From contig NMRA01000954.1 of NCBI GenBank assembly GCA_002633005.1, positions 1 through 64,000 on the forward strand: 64,000 nt of DNA. The letters are read 5' to 3'. The notes beneath the pieces were generated by a model. That model ran no database searches, was not told the DNA's origin, and worked only from the letters and a program-made list of their open reading frames with translations. This DNA comes from Phoronis australis. Its lineage: Eukaryota; Animalia; Phoronida. Within the stretch, counting starts at the first letter, position 1. Every line of letters begins with the position of its first letter. Below are positions 1 through 12,600 of this stretch, one piece after another. Position numbers and translations under genes: made by a program.

Positions 1-135
1 CACACTAGGACACACTGCCTCTTCACACTAGGACACACTGCCTCCTCACACTAGAACACACTGCCTCCTCACACTGGGACACACTGCCTCCTCACACTAA
101 GACACACTGCATCCTCACACTAGGACACACACTAC
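1..135. repeat. ~21-bp minisatellite CACACTAGGACACACTGCCTCCT
   Basis: ~6 tandem copies. Confidence 0.9.
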
Positions 136-355
136 ACCCTCTTAGGGATTTCCTCATGTCTTGCTTCATTACTACATGACTACCGAGACAACTGTTCTAC
201 CACTAATATGCGTTTGTAATATTATTGGAAACAGCAGGATTTTGATCTTGTCAAGGTTTTTTACACATACAAATTGTTAGAAATCCTTACATTTTTCTCG
301 CCACTCGACTCCTGATGTGCGCGTAGGCTTGGGCTAAACAATAATGACATTGAAA

Positions 356-471
356 TCAACCCGGGTTAGTTGTAATTTCTCGCCCAGTAAACAACCCTGG
401 TTAGTTCTTGTAATATCTCGCCCAGTAAACAACCCTGGTTAGTTCTTGTAATTTCTCGCCCAGTAAACAAC
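356..471. repeat. 38-bp tandem repeat x3
   Basis: CAACCCTGGTTAGTTCTTGTAATTTCTCGCCCAGTAAA. Confidence 0.9.
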
Positions 472-546
472 AAATTAATCTTTTATTTTATAAATTGAGC
501 CTTTATTTTATTGGATTGTAGAAATCTGAAGTATTAATTGGTAAGA

Positions 547-642
547 ATGCCAAGAGTTCGTCCAACAGAAGCCTCTTGGGATAGTGACGATGATCTCACG
601 GGTCACATAGCAGGTATTGATGCATTCCCAGATTTGAAGAAG
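547..642 (+). CDS. RBM33: RBM33 coding exon 1 (MPRVRPTEASWDSDDDL...DLKK)
   Basis: ATG 547 with in-frame TAA at 535; acceptor AG 520-521; donor AAG|gtaagt; WDS-acidic-KK motif like RBM33 N-terminus. Confidence 0.75.
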
Positions 643-3600
643 GTAAGTGGCATTTAGTCTATTGTTTGTGCACTCGAGATATGTGGTTGAGTATTCAATA
701 TTACATGGGTTTGTGATACATTTGTGAACTTGGATAGGACGATATAGGCAGAAGTATCTTTTTGGTGTTTGTTGTTGTAGTTTTAGTCTAATTAATAAAC
801 ACTACATTTCTGCAATCTCAACAATTTCAGACAAATAGCAATTGCCAAAATTGGTATTTTTTAATTTTTCAAAGGTATTGTTCACAACACCAGCACACCG
901 ACCTAGGCCTACACTTTACTGTAATAAACTGTCACGAAAATTGCAATTTGTGCTCCTGTTTCGTCTGCCATGGGCTTCCATTTTGCATTTACATGAATTT
1001 GTTATTTAGTCTCGGTATTTTCCTCCCATCCTCATGGAAAATTATTTAGTTACTTAGAGCGTAATGAAGATTTTTATTAAAATTTGATACGTTTTTGTTG
1101 AATTCTTTATATTTTGACTGCCTAGTTTTACTGTTACCCCTATTTATACTGTGACTGCACATAGTTTTATTGTTACCCCTATTCAAGATATACAATCCAA
1201 TTAATCAAATGTCAGGTGTGCATGTCCCGCATTCAGTTCATTGAGACAATGTGAATTTATCGTTAATGGTGGCCGTGCTTGTAACATGCGTGACTGTGTT
1301 AAAATGTTCTCAAAGACAATCTACATCTCTTCAGATAAACGTTCATTTTATGAATGTGTTTTGCAAATGTGTTCTTATTTTTGTGATTATGATTTTCCGA
1401 TGAATCTGCTGGTGGAGTTGGAATGTCATGATATGAAAATGGTATTTTGTGTTCTCTTTTGGATTGTACTGTATGTCGGCCATTTATTGTGACCTGAGAT
1501 ACAATAATGTTGTTGTAGACCTGTTCTAAAGCACATCCCACATTATTAAAGTCTATATACACTTGTATTGGTAGCTTGGATTGTACTGTATGTCGGCCAT
1601 TTATTGTGACCTGAGATACAATAATGTTGTTGTAGACCTGTTCTAAAGCACATCCCAAATTATGAAAGTCTATATACGCTTGTATTAGTAGCTTTATTTA
1701 GCTCAAAAATGTTTTGTGATGATTCAATTTGCTAAGCTTTCCATTGCAGTCGGACACAGAGGAGGAACTAGATGAAGATGCACTGCTGGGTTTGAGCGAT
1801 GGCCAGTTGGAGCAAACGACTGATCAGGACGATGGCAATGATGGTGTGTACAGTCAGGTTTCAAACTCACTGGCATGGTACAGTTTACTTGACCGTGTCC
1901 AAGCACTGAAATTCAGTTTTCAAACTTGGCATCTTAACTCACATTTGACTCAAGCACCGACTCACAGTTTTTGATTTCATACTCATATATTTTTTACTTG
2001 GCATGTATAGCGACCAATTTTAAATTGCACTACTTACAGTCTTGAGTTTAGATATTGGCTCTGTCAAAAAAATGCTGTAACTCTAAATAAAGTAGTGCAG
2101 TCGAAGTTCAGACAAGGTTTATGATCAGGCCTGAATTCATAGGATGTACTTAAGTTTGCACAGGATGGTTTAATATAATAGTTTTCTCAATCTTAAGAAA
2201 TAACTTGGATGTGGACCTAAAATTGCATTGGGAAGATGCTGTTTTGATGTGGACCTTAAATTGCATTGGGAAGATGCTGTTTTGATGTGGACCTTAAATT
2301 GCATTGGAAAGATGCTGTTTTGATGTGGACCTTAAATTGCATTGGGAAGATGCTGTTTTGATGTGTACCTTAAATTGCATTGGGAAGATGCTGTTTTGAT
2401 GTGGACCTTAAATTGCATTGGGAAGATGCTGTTTTGATGTGGACCTTCAGGGCTCGACGCTATTAAAATCGCCAGGTCGCATTTTGCGACCTAGCCAAAA
2501 TCCCAGGTCGCATTTTCAAAATCCAGCTCGCATTAGTAAATGCCAGGTCGCAAAATTTTCCCGCCATTTTTACGCGCCAAAATAGATTTTTTAGATCATC
2601 GAGAAAATGTTTAGATTATGCTCTTACCTGCAGCGTTAAATACTCACAAATTTCGGATCTCAAAATTGACTTCATTCATGCAGGTACGGCCTTACTGTTC
2701 TTCACGACCGCCATTGAAAGACTCTAGAGCGCAAGGCAAGTTGCCGACGTGAAAGTTGAATCAGTGCTCTCTAACTGACTTGCGCATTCGAGTAGCTAAA
2801 TTTGCGATGTGAAAAGGGAGAAAATGCCCGTTGAAAAAGTATCCGGGATTTTGTTAGATCTGGTCTGCTACTGGCCGTCATCAAAGTCGTTAACGATTCA
2901 AACTAACTCGGGTAATCGCGAGTTTGCTCTTCAATACTCTCCAAGTACGGGAAAAATAGGTCAGTCGCAAAACGACACGCACGTCACTAGTGTTAACTTT
3001 CTTTCCGAGGTATAAAACAAAGCCGGGATTTGGTTTTTACATATTGTGAAAAGACGTTTTTGAAAACTGAAGTTGTGTAAAATGAAAGTGACACACAACA
3101 TATAAGCTGCGTGTCAATTTTAAACCACACGCGGTCGTTTGTAGTGCGCAATGATGGGCGCTAGCTTGAACTGTGGGCGCTTAATTGGAAATTCTCAAAA
3201 TTTAAGGGGGGACTTTTAATAGATCAGTGAGCGCTTATTATGAAACACTTTAAAGGTAGGGAGTAGGCTTGTGCGTGAGCATAGTCGTTAACCTCAGTGT
3301 TTGCGGTAATAAGATATTAAAACGCTGCAATGGTAAGAAAAGTTATAATAATACGATTTTGCGAGGCAAACTCCATCTGGTAGGGGTGACTTTCTGGATA
3401 TCGTTACCACCTACATTGTACCCTTTTTAGCCACCCGGAATGATTTTTTTAACTGCCCGCTTCAGCCGGAACAAGGTTGTTTCTATAGGAGTCTGAACAT
3501 TTTACGGCGACGGTGGTTCGGGGAGCGAAAAGTTGCCGGGGGTGTATAAAGAGAAGAATGAAAAGTTCGCTAACTTGAACCACAATTTCGCATCTAGTGC

Positions 3601-6600
3601 CAGTTTAGTTGCAATAGCTGGCTACGGGCATCGAATACAGGGTTTACAGAACATCAACCCCAGGAAACATCGGAACAGGATAACGTTAGTTCTGGGTTAT
3701 ATCGGTCCCGGGACATCGGGTCTTTTATAACCGCTGGGAAACTGAGTTCATTTTCAAATAAACCAGAGCCAAGCCGGTATACTCTTTCATTTAGGACTGT
3801 CGCTGTTCTTTGAAGTGGTGCGCACGCGTGAGTTCACGCACTTGAATCGTTGGAGTAGGCCTACACTTTACGTTGGCAACAATGTGTGAAAGACAATCAT
3901 ATTTCGCGCACGTAGCCCCAGAAACAAGTAAAGGGTTTGAGAATTTCTTGGCAACTGAAAGTAAAGACGTGACCGTCGTTTGGCGATTAATAAGGCTGTC
4001 ATTTTCACTTTGGCTGTCTTAATACGATAAAAGGAGAAGCACGCCTAAGTTACGATTGTCTGCCGGGACCGCTTGCGCGCTAACGGTGCCGCAGTGCGAT
4101 ATCAGGGATATTGTCGTGGATGTTTGGTACATGTAATAAGGACATCTTATGTGAAAAATAAGCATTTTTGTCCACCTTAAAGTTTTGTAAGTTGATCGCT
4201 TAAGAATTAATAGAAACACTGTTGTTTTGTGAAGTGTTATCACGTGTAAGCAGTGGCCCGAAACTTTCTTCGGCGAATCCGGGAATTTACAAAAGTGGCC
4301 GAAAGTGTTAGCCAATGAAACGCGTCAAAGATCGATTCTTCATATCCCATGTTCACGCGACTTGCTTACAAGTCATCGGGAGGCCTGTTCTCGGTTAGTG
4401 TTCTTTTGAACTTGTATTTGGCAACAACCAAATAACGGTCGGATTAACAAGAGCTGCTTTGTATTTGCCAGGTATCTGTTGAGAAGTGTAAAAACTCAGC
4501 TCGCATTCGTTGGAAATTCCAGGTCGCATTTTGCGACTTTATACGAGCTGACAAAAATCTCAGCTCGCATTTCCAAATTTCAGGTCGCAAATGCGACCTG
4601 CAGCTCGTTATGTCGAGCCCTGACCTTAAATTGCATTGGGAAGATGCTGTTTTGACATGAACCTTAAATTGCATTAGGAAGATGCTGTTTTCTGCTACTA
4701 GTTATTTGTTGTTAACTTCTGCAGACCAACTTCTGGATGAAGAGGAATGCTTCACTGGAAACCAAGCAACTGATGACCTTGGGAAAGAGGAGGAGCTTGA
4801 TGGGGCAGAACCAGATTGGCCAGCCAATGAAAAGCAAGAGGGGGTGGTGGAAGAGGAGGAGGATTTAGAAGAAGGTGATGTGATTGACATATCTGTTAAT
4901 GCTGATATCGAGGACACGCTCTATGAAGAGACATTACAGGGTGAACAGGAGGTGTCATTCAGTGGATATGGAACTCAGTCAACAGTGGAGGATACAGGAA
5001 TGGAGCCCCTAGATGAACCCCAGGTTTGGACTTTGACTGTTAAGTTTTGAGTCTAACATTCGTTTATTAAGTATATGTCGCTTTGGTTAATTTGGTTTCA
5101 TCGACCTCTAGCTGTCTATTGACAGGCTACTCTGTTTGAGCGACCTCTAGCTGTCTAGTTATTGACAGGCTACTCTGTTTGAGCGACCTCTAGCTGTCTA
5201 GTTATTGACAGGCTACTCTGTTTCAGCGACCTCTAGCTGTCTAGTTATTGACAGGCTGCTCTGTTTCAGCGACCTCTAGCTGTCTAGTTATTGACAGGCT
5301 ACTCTGTTTCAGCGACCTCTAGCTGTCTAGTTATTGACAGGCTACTCTGTTTCAGCGACCTCTAGCTGTCTAGTTATTGACAGGATACTCTCCGAGAATT
5401 TCAGCCCCAATCATGTTAGTAAACTACCTGTTTTCTTGTTTTCATTGTGAATAAAATCTTCAATAATATACATTGTGTCGCCATTCTAAAAATTTGCATT
5501 GTTATTATCAATTTCATTCATGAGTCAAAGGTATGCGTTCATTGTTTTTTATTCTGAATACAATCATCAATAAAACATTTGTTTTTGTCTGCTTTCTAAA
5601 AATGTGCTTTACCTAGTCTGTTCTGTCTTGCCTAGATTCCTGAGGATAGTGGTCAAGAGGTCACAGAGGTCACGGCTAAAGCTCAGACCCATGATCAAGA
5701 GGGTCAAGAGTTCAGCTACACTGAAACTGAGGTTGGTATGATCACCATGGTTACTAATTAGTGTAATGTGAAGGCATTTTCTTACTGAAAGTGTTGAGTT
5801 TCAACCAAGTGAGTAATTAGTAGTTGTAAGATTGTCAAACAGGACAAACAGGATCCATAATGACTTTGGATCTTGAGCAAATCAGTGCTTTGCCATAAAA
5901 CATGAATTCTTAAATGTTGCAAATTGTACAATGCTTTATGATAATGTGAGGGAATTGAAGTAGATTTTTGAAAAAATTTTATTTGTGTTTTAACTGTCTG
6001 AAAATATGAACTTTTAGACAACTCAAAATGAATCGAAACTTGATGAAGAGGATGAAGATGAGGATGAAGACAGTGAAGATGAAGGTGAAGATAAGAGGCG
6101 AGGTCGGTTTAAGAGCGAGAGGTCAAGCACGGTCACTGTCAGCAGCACCAAGGACAGGTCAAACATTCCTGACACTCTCGGTAGGTCTCACATTCCAGGC
6201 AGTCTCGATACGTTTCGCATTCTTGACACTCTCCGTTTGTCTCACATTTCAGACACTCAGGACGTCTCGCATTCCAGACATTCTCGATACGTCTCACATT
6301 CCAGACTATCTTGGTACGTCTCATGTTCCAGACACTCTCAGTACGTCTCACACTCCATTCTCGCTACGTCTCACGTTCCAGACACTCGCTAGATCTCACG
6401 TTCCAGACACTCTAGGTCTCACATTCCTGATACTCTCAGTATGTCTCGCATTCTAGACTCTCTTGGTAGGTCTCACATTCTAGACACTCTCGGTATGTCT
6501 CATATTCCAGACATTCTTGGAACATTTCACAAGTCAAAGGTATTTAGGATTTTGACAAAAAAATACAAAGTTTAACAAAGATAATAACTCGTCGGAAATT

Positions 6601-9600
6601 AGAAAAAAGTCAAGGCGAGATTTCTTAACTGGGTTTTTCCTACTCCATGTAAAAGAGGAACGGTCTGGATTGTAAACTCTCCAAGGGTCAACTAAATTAA
6701 ACGTTTGCTTTAAATTTAAAACTGCTTTTCTAGCCTGAGGATTGTTCAGATTGAAATAACCAAAACAGTCCCGGTCATAATCTTGGACCAAATTCCAATC
6801 TCCACACAGAACAATAAATTCGGAGTTGAACAGGGAGATGCGATCTGCAACGTTTTCATAAAAAAGTGGAGAATCTTGGTTGCAAAATGATAGTTTGGAA
6901 AATTGTAACAGTGTTTTTGCGATTTCAACTTGAGCATTTAAATCAAATGAAGTTTGTTTATGTTACGGATGCTATTGTTTTGTTATTTGTTTACCTTTTG
7001 TGTTTGCTTAATTTTAATAAAATGAGGTCACATGACTCAATTAATGATAGATTGGTATGAAGTTAGAAATCAAACTCTACTGGCTTTATGTACTTCTCTC
7101 ACTTGATTTTTATAGTTTTGAAGTTATTTGTATGAAAACACGAGCTTCTTGATAAGGTCCTACATAACCTTAATTATGGTTCGCCTCTTGTAACCAACCA
7201 TTATTAGAAACACGTTCAAAATATTTCTGGTTCAGCCTGACCAAAGATTATTTGTGACAAAATGAGTCTTTAAGTCGCGAATCTTATTTCCTGACTAGAC
7301 TGCAAACAGTCGCTTTTGGTGAAAATTAGGTCAAAATTTTTTTTATTGCAGATTAGGATTATTTGTTCATTCTACTTCACAAAACATGGTTTTAAAACGA
7401 GCAAACTTTATTTTAAGCCTTATTTATTTCATTTTGAAAAACATCACCTTCTCCACAACTGGATAGCTCGTGAAATTTTCATCAAAATATGCCGGTTTTC
7501 GTGACCGCTTTCCTCAATCACCCGATGACCCAATTCCCTCCTAAAAACATCAACAGAAAGGTCAAACTCTGCTCATTATGCATGTAGCAAGCTCATTGAG
7601 TTATTCATCCAATCATTAGTCGTAATTTCACTTTTTGCATTCGGGGTAAATTCAACAGAAGTGCCACTCATCAGTCTTTTAGCTAGCAACGACCTTTTTA
7701 TCTAATACATCGTTGACCTCATTCGCTAGAACTAGTCAAGTGGGCGTGAAATAGTGAGGTCGTGAGCTAGGTCACGGAACGTTGACAAGACATTAAGATG
7801 GCTCATCGTCGAGTAGCTCATATCTGATTAACTCTTGCCGCTGACTGCCGTATCAAGATTAGCAAGAATTAACTGAACTCATCGTAGAGCACATTTGTGC
7901 ATGGAGACAAGGACAAATTTCGTGGCAGCGACGAGTCGTCTGACGACTTCAACTCGTCGCAAGATGAGTTTCATGATCAACCCACCGTAAATACGGTTAC
8001 GTTGGATTGGAACAAGCAGAACTTAAGGAAAACACTCCAGATTAGCTTAATTGCAGAACAACGTCTTCTTCCTGAAAAGCCAGAGGATCGGGGTGCAATT
8101 AGCTGAAAGTTACTGCAAGAGAGAACAATCTTCGACAGGGCTGCAAAACTCAGTGTGGTGTCGAGGCAATCGTTGCTCTGCAATTGTCAGTGAAGGACTT
8201 GGATAGGGATGAGTGATGGTCATTTATTTTCAAAATTATTTATACTAGTGTAAAATTTTGAGTTATTGTGAACAAAAGTCAGTCCCCAATATGTATATTG
8301 TAATCTACATGACTTTGTTTTATTAAACTTCTCCAAAATATTCTTTAACTACTTTTTTACTTGCAGTAACCCCTCCTGCCACAAGTTGACTGATCCTGTA
8401 TTACACTAGCTTGGAAATTTTTTGACCAAGTTGCTGTAACCCAACATGAATATCACTCGTTTTTGGCCAAAATTATGCAATAAGGGTCAATATTTTTATT
8501 ACTTTTATTTGTTTATGTTGTTGTGTATACTAATAAGTCTAAAACGTAGCACTCAATTGCAGGTTGCTGGGAAAATTTTAAAGACACTATCATCACTTTT
8601 TCTCTGCTATTTTCCTTGACCTGTGTAAGCCCTAAATTTTTGCTTTCCCGACTAGAAATGGCAATAACTCGGCCATTTGTTAAGATAAGGACATGTTTCA
8701 TACATCAAAATGATCAGAAAATACTGTATTTTCAGAAAAAATAACAGTTACAAAAATGAGAAATCCCTGCTTAAGACTCACTTTGTGGTGCTGGGTCACA
8801 TTTGTTTTTTTTAATTTTGAAAGCATAATGTCTTTGTTGCAAAAATTAGTGTGCCTGACCAAGAACATTTGGAAGAATTATTATCCCCACCCTACCTATC
8901 TACCCATCTCAGAGGATTGGGATTAGAAAACAAAAGATGTTCCAAGACGTACTTACGAGACTTATAAAGTTGGCAGGTGTTCCTACCTTGAACTCTCCAA
9001 TGCCACTGAAATCATTAAAACTCTTGAGCTCTCAATTTTTTATTCGCATTTCTTTGTTTTTGTGCTTTCTTAGAAATCAGTGAGGAAGAGCAAGCCAAGA
9101 TAGATGAGTTCATGACAAAAGGCAAGCCTGGCAAGCATCGACATCAGCAGAGAGGTGGGCTGAGGCACGGTGGTCCAGGAAGGGGGCTAACACCTGGTCA
9201 TCTGCGCTGTAGTCCACCGCAGAGGTTACACGGTCCCTCTCATATGTCACGAGACATGTTACATCCGAGAATACCCAGCGGTGCCCCTTCACAAGCTCCG
9301 CCCCCGACTTGTCTAGCCACAACTGTAGTCAGTCAACTGGGGTCTCCTCAACAACAGTCATCCATGGGAAACCGCCCAAGGAAGATTCTCATAAACCCGC
9401 ATTTCAAAGGCACAGTGCAAGCGGGCCCTGATGTCCGATTGCTGTATAATGCTGGGCCCCGACCACAACAGTCGCAACAGCCTCAGTCTCACTTCCAAAG
9501 CTCTGTGTCAAACCCCCCTCTATTCTCGTCTCCCACAACAACGCCTGTCCAAAGTTATCCAAGCATGCAGCCTCTACCAACCAGCATGGTGCCGGTGCAG

Positions 9601-12600
9601 AGAGCACCTGCACCACATCAAATACCTGGCCATCAACCAGGTCTCCTTCAGGTATGCACATTCTTTAAAAAAGTAGGTATTAAATCTGTTTGAGAATTTG
9701 GGAAAATAAGCCTTTTAAAGCACAGTATTTGTTCTCTCCATTTTTTATGCGCCTTCATATTTATATTTGGACGCATTATGCCGTCATCTCTGTCCGTCCG
9801 GGCGGCGTCCGTCCAGCGTCCGTTGCTCTATCTCCAAAACCCTTTGACTTGCGTTCATGAAATTTGGCACATGTGTTCCATCCATGAATGGGACGGCATG
9901 AGCAAACTTTCAGACGAATCCAACTACCGGTGTGCCCCCTAATGGCAATTTTAGTTTTTTATGCTTACCTTTGTATCTTCAAAAGTCCTGAACGGATTTT
10001 CATGTGATTTGGTATGTAGGCACCTATTAGTGAGATGACGCTATCCACCCGTTTTCGTATGGATTTGATGTAGTTTGCACCATCTAGTGGCCATTTTTAC
10101 TGTTTTCGAGTTTTTTTACGTCCACCCCTCTATCAACCAAACCGCTCAAAAGATGATTGTGAAAATTGGCATGTATGTGCTTACTATGAAGAGGACAGTT
10201 GAAGAGGATTTTCCGATGATTTTGACTACTGTGGCGCCTCCTAGTGGCAGTTTTTTTTTCCGTCTGGCTGTATCTCCTAAACCGTTCGCAGGAACTTTAT
10301 GAAATTTAGTAAGTATATTTATACGATGTTGACTACGGATGACTACGACTTTCAGACAGATCTGACTACTTCTGTGCCCTTAGTGGCAATTTTAGTTTTT
10401 TACGTTTAACGCTGTATCTTCAAAGGTCCTCAACAGATTTTCATAAAATTTTAAATATAGGTATCTATTGGTGTGGTGACGCTATCTTCCTGTTTTTGGA
10501 TGGAATCAAGGTATGTTGCACCACCAAGTGGCCATTTTTGCTGTCTTCAAGTCTTGTTTTTGGTGTCCACCCCTGTATCAACCAAATCATATTAAAATTC
10601 GCGTATATGTTCTCAGTGTGAAGACGACGTTTGATGATGGTGACTGACTACTATTGGGCCTCCTAGTGGTAGTTATGTTTTGCGCCCATAGTTGTATCTC
10701 CTAAACCCACTGCAGGATCTTTACTAAATTTGGTAAGTGTATTTATATGAAGATAACAACAGACGGCGACGACTTTCAGGCAGATGAACGGAAACTGTGC
10801 CCACAATTTCTTTTTATTCTGTTTCCTTTGTTTCTCTGAAGTTCTTTGACAGATTTTTATGAAATATGGCATGTTCCTGTTGTTTTTGCGCCATCTAGTG
10901 GCCATTTTCATGATACAAATAAATAACCCTAAAAGCACACCATTTGCAGTGCATTCTTGGGCGCATTTCAACGCTCCGCGTTGCTCTTGTTGGGAAAAAA
11001 GGATTCATTCTTTTCGTTTTTGTGGATCACTTTTGTGTCTTGAAACATTCCTTAAAGGCGAAGGCAACCTTTTTTCATGTCACTTTTAGCAAAAATAAGG
11101 TTCGTTGATTATCCCAGACACATTTTTCACTTAATTACAGCTTTTCGTAATTTGATTATTTTCTTGTCCTCTACTCCGGAAGTGACGTTTTGGGAGGCAA
11201 GAGTTTCGTGCCAATTTCTTTTCATTTTAGTCTGACTGTGAGAGCTGCCGAGTCGGTCATTGTTTTACCTCGTTTGTGATAAGTTCGGTCGTCATTTGCT
11301 TTTGTTTACAAGTCAGTCAACATGCCACGCTGTTGCTGCGTGTCAGGATGTACTCATTATCGTCTCACAAGCGCTTTGGGTACCTTGCGTCGCTTTCCGA
11401 AGGATGACACACTTCACCGTACTTGGCTAGCTCGTCCATGTGAAGAACGCAGCGCTACCCGTCCACGCAACGTACAAAGCAGTGGAGGGTTGCCGTCAGA
11501 TTATGACAGATATGTACGCTGAATTGATGAAGGTCCCTGCGAAACAACGCTTGAAAAAGGGTACCATACCATTGCTGTTGATTCCCGGAAGTGCCTGTCG
11601 CCAACCCCGAGAAGTGCGTTTTTGAAGCGAGAAGCCACGCGAGCTGTGGCCACTATATACAGTGACTGGAGGCACTTCATCTACTGTCACCCGTGCCTCC
11701 AAACGGACCCCATTGCATGCAATTTCGGGAACTAGCAGTGATTTGCCCTGTGCTGTTGTCTCTAGCCCAGAGCCTGTAAGCAGCCCTGCAGCGATGTCGA
11801 GTAGTGGGAGTGAATACAGGCCCAGTTCGACACCCAGTGAAGAGGACAGTTCGTCATCAAATGAACAGATCGGTGAGCCTAAGTTTGATAAGTTTATTGT
11901 GCACTTATATTGGAGCTATTTGGAAGGTGCCAAGTGTGTGGCGCGGGAGTCAAACGTCGGGATGTAAGCAGTTTGGATGCTCAGATCACCCTCCAGTGGG
12001 AGTGTGTCGTGGGACACTCGGGCAAGTGGGACAGTTCTTCTGTACGTGAGACGATAATGAGTACACCCCAGTACGGAGCAACAGTGTGGCATGTTGACTG
12101 ACTCGTAAGCAAAAGCAAACGACAACTGAACTTATCACAATCGAGGTACAACAATTACTGACTCGACTGCTCTCACAGTCAGACTCTATGAAAAGAAATT
12201 GGCACGAAATTCTTGCCTCCCAAAATGTCACTTCCGGAGTAGATGACGAGTAATTAATTAAATTACGAAAAGCAGTAAATAAGTGAAAAATATGTCTGGG
12301 ATAATCAACGAACTTTATTTTTGCTAAAATGACATGAAAAAAGGTTGCCTTCGCCTTTAACAGTTGGAGGTTCAGCCGCTCTGTTTGTAGATTGTAGTTA
12401 TCAAATCACCATAATGTCTCTGTGTGTAGTTTGTTGCATTGGGTATCGATTCCACATCACGCTTGTTTGTCTTCTAATTGCTAGTTACCTCATGTTGGGG
12501 CATGTATCACTCATCAGTCTGTATTAATATGTTATGAAATAAATTTTGTTTTACTTGTACATGTACATACTTGTGTTTTCTCACTATATTATATATTGGT

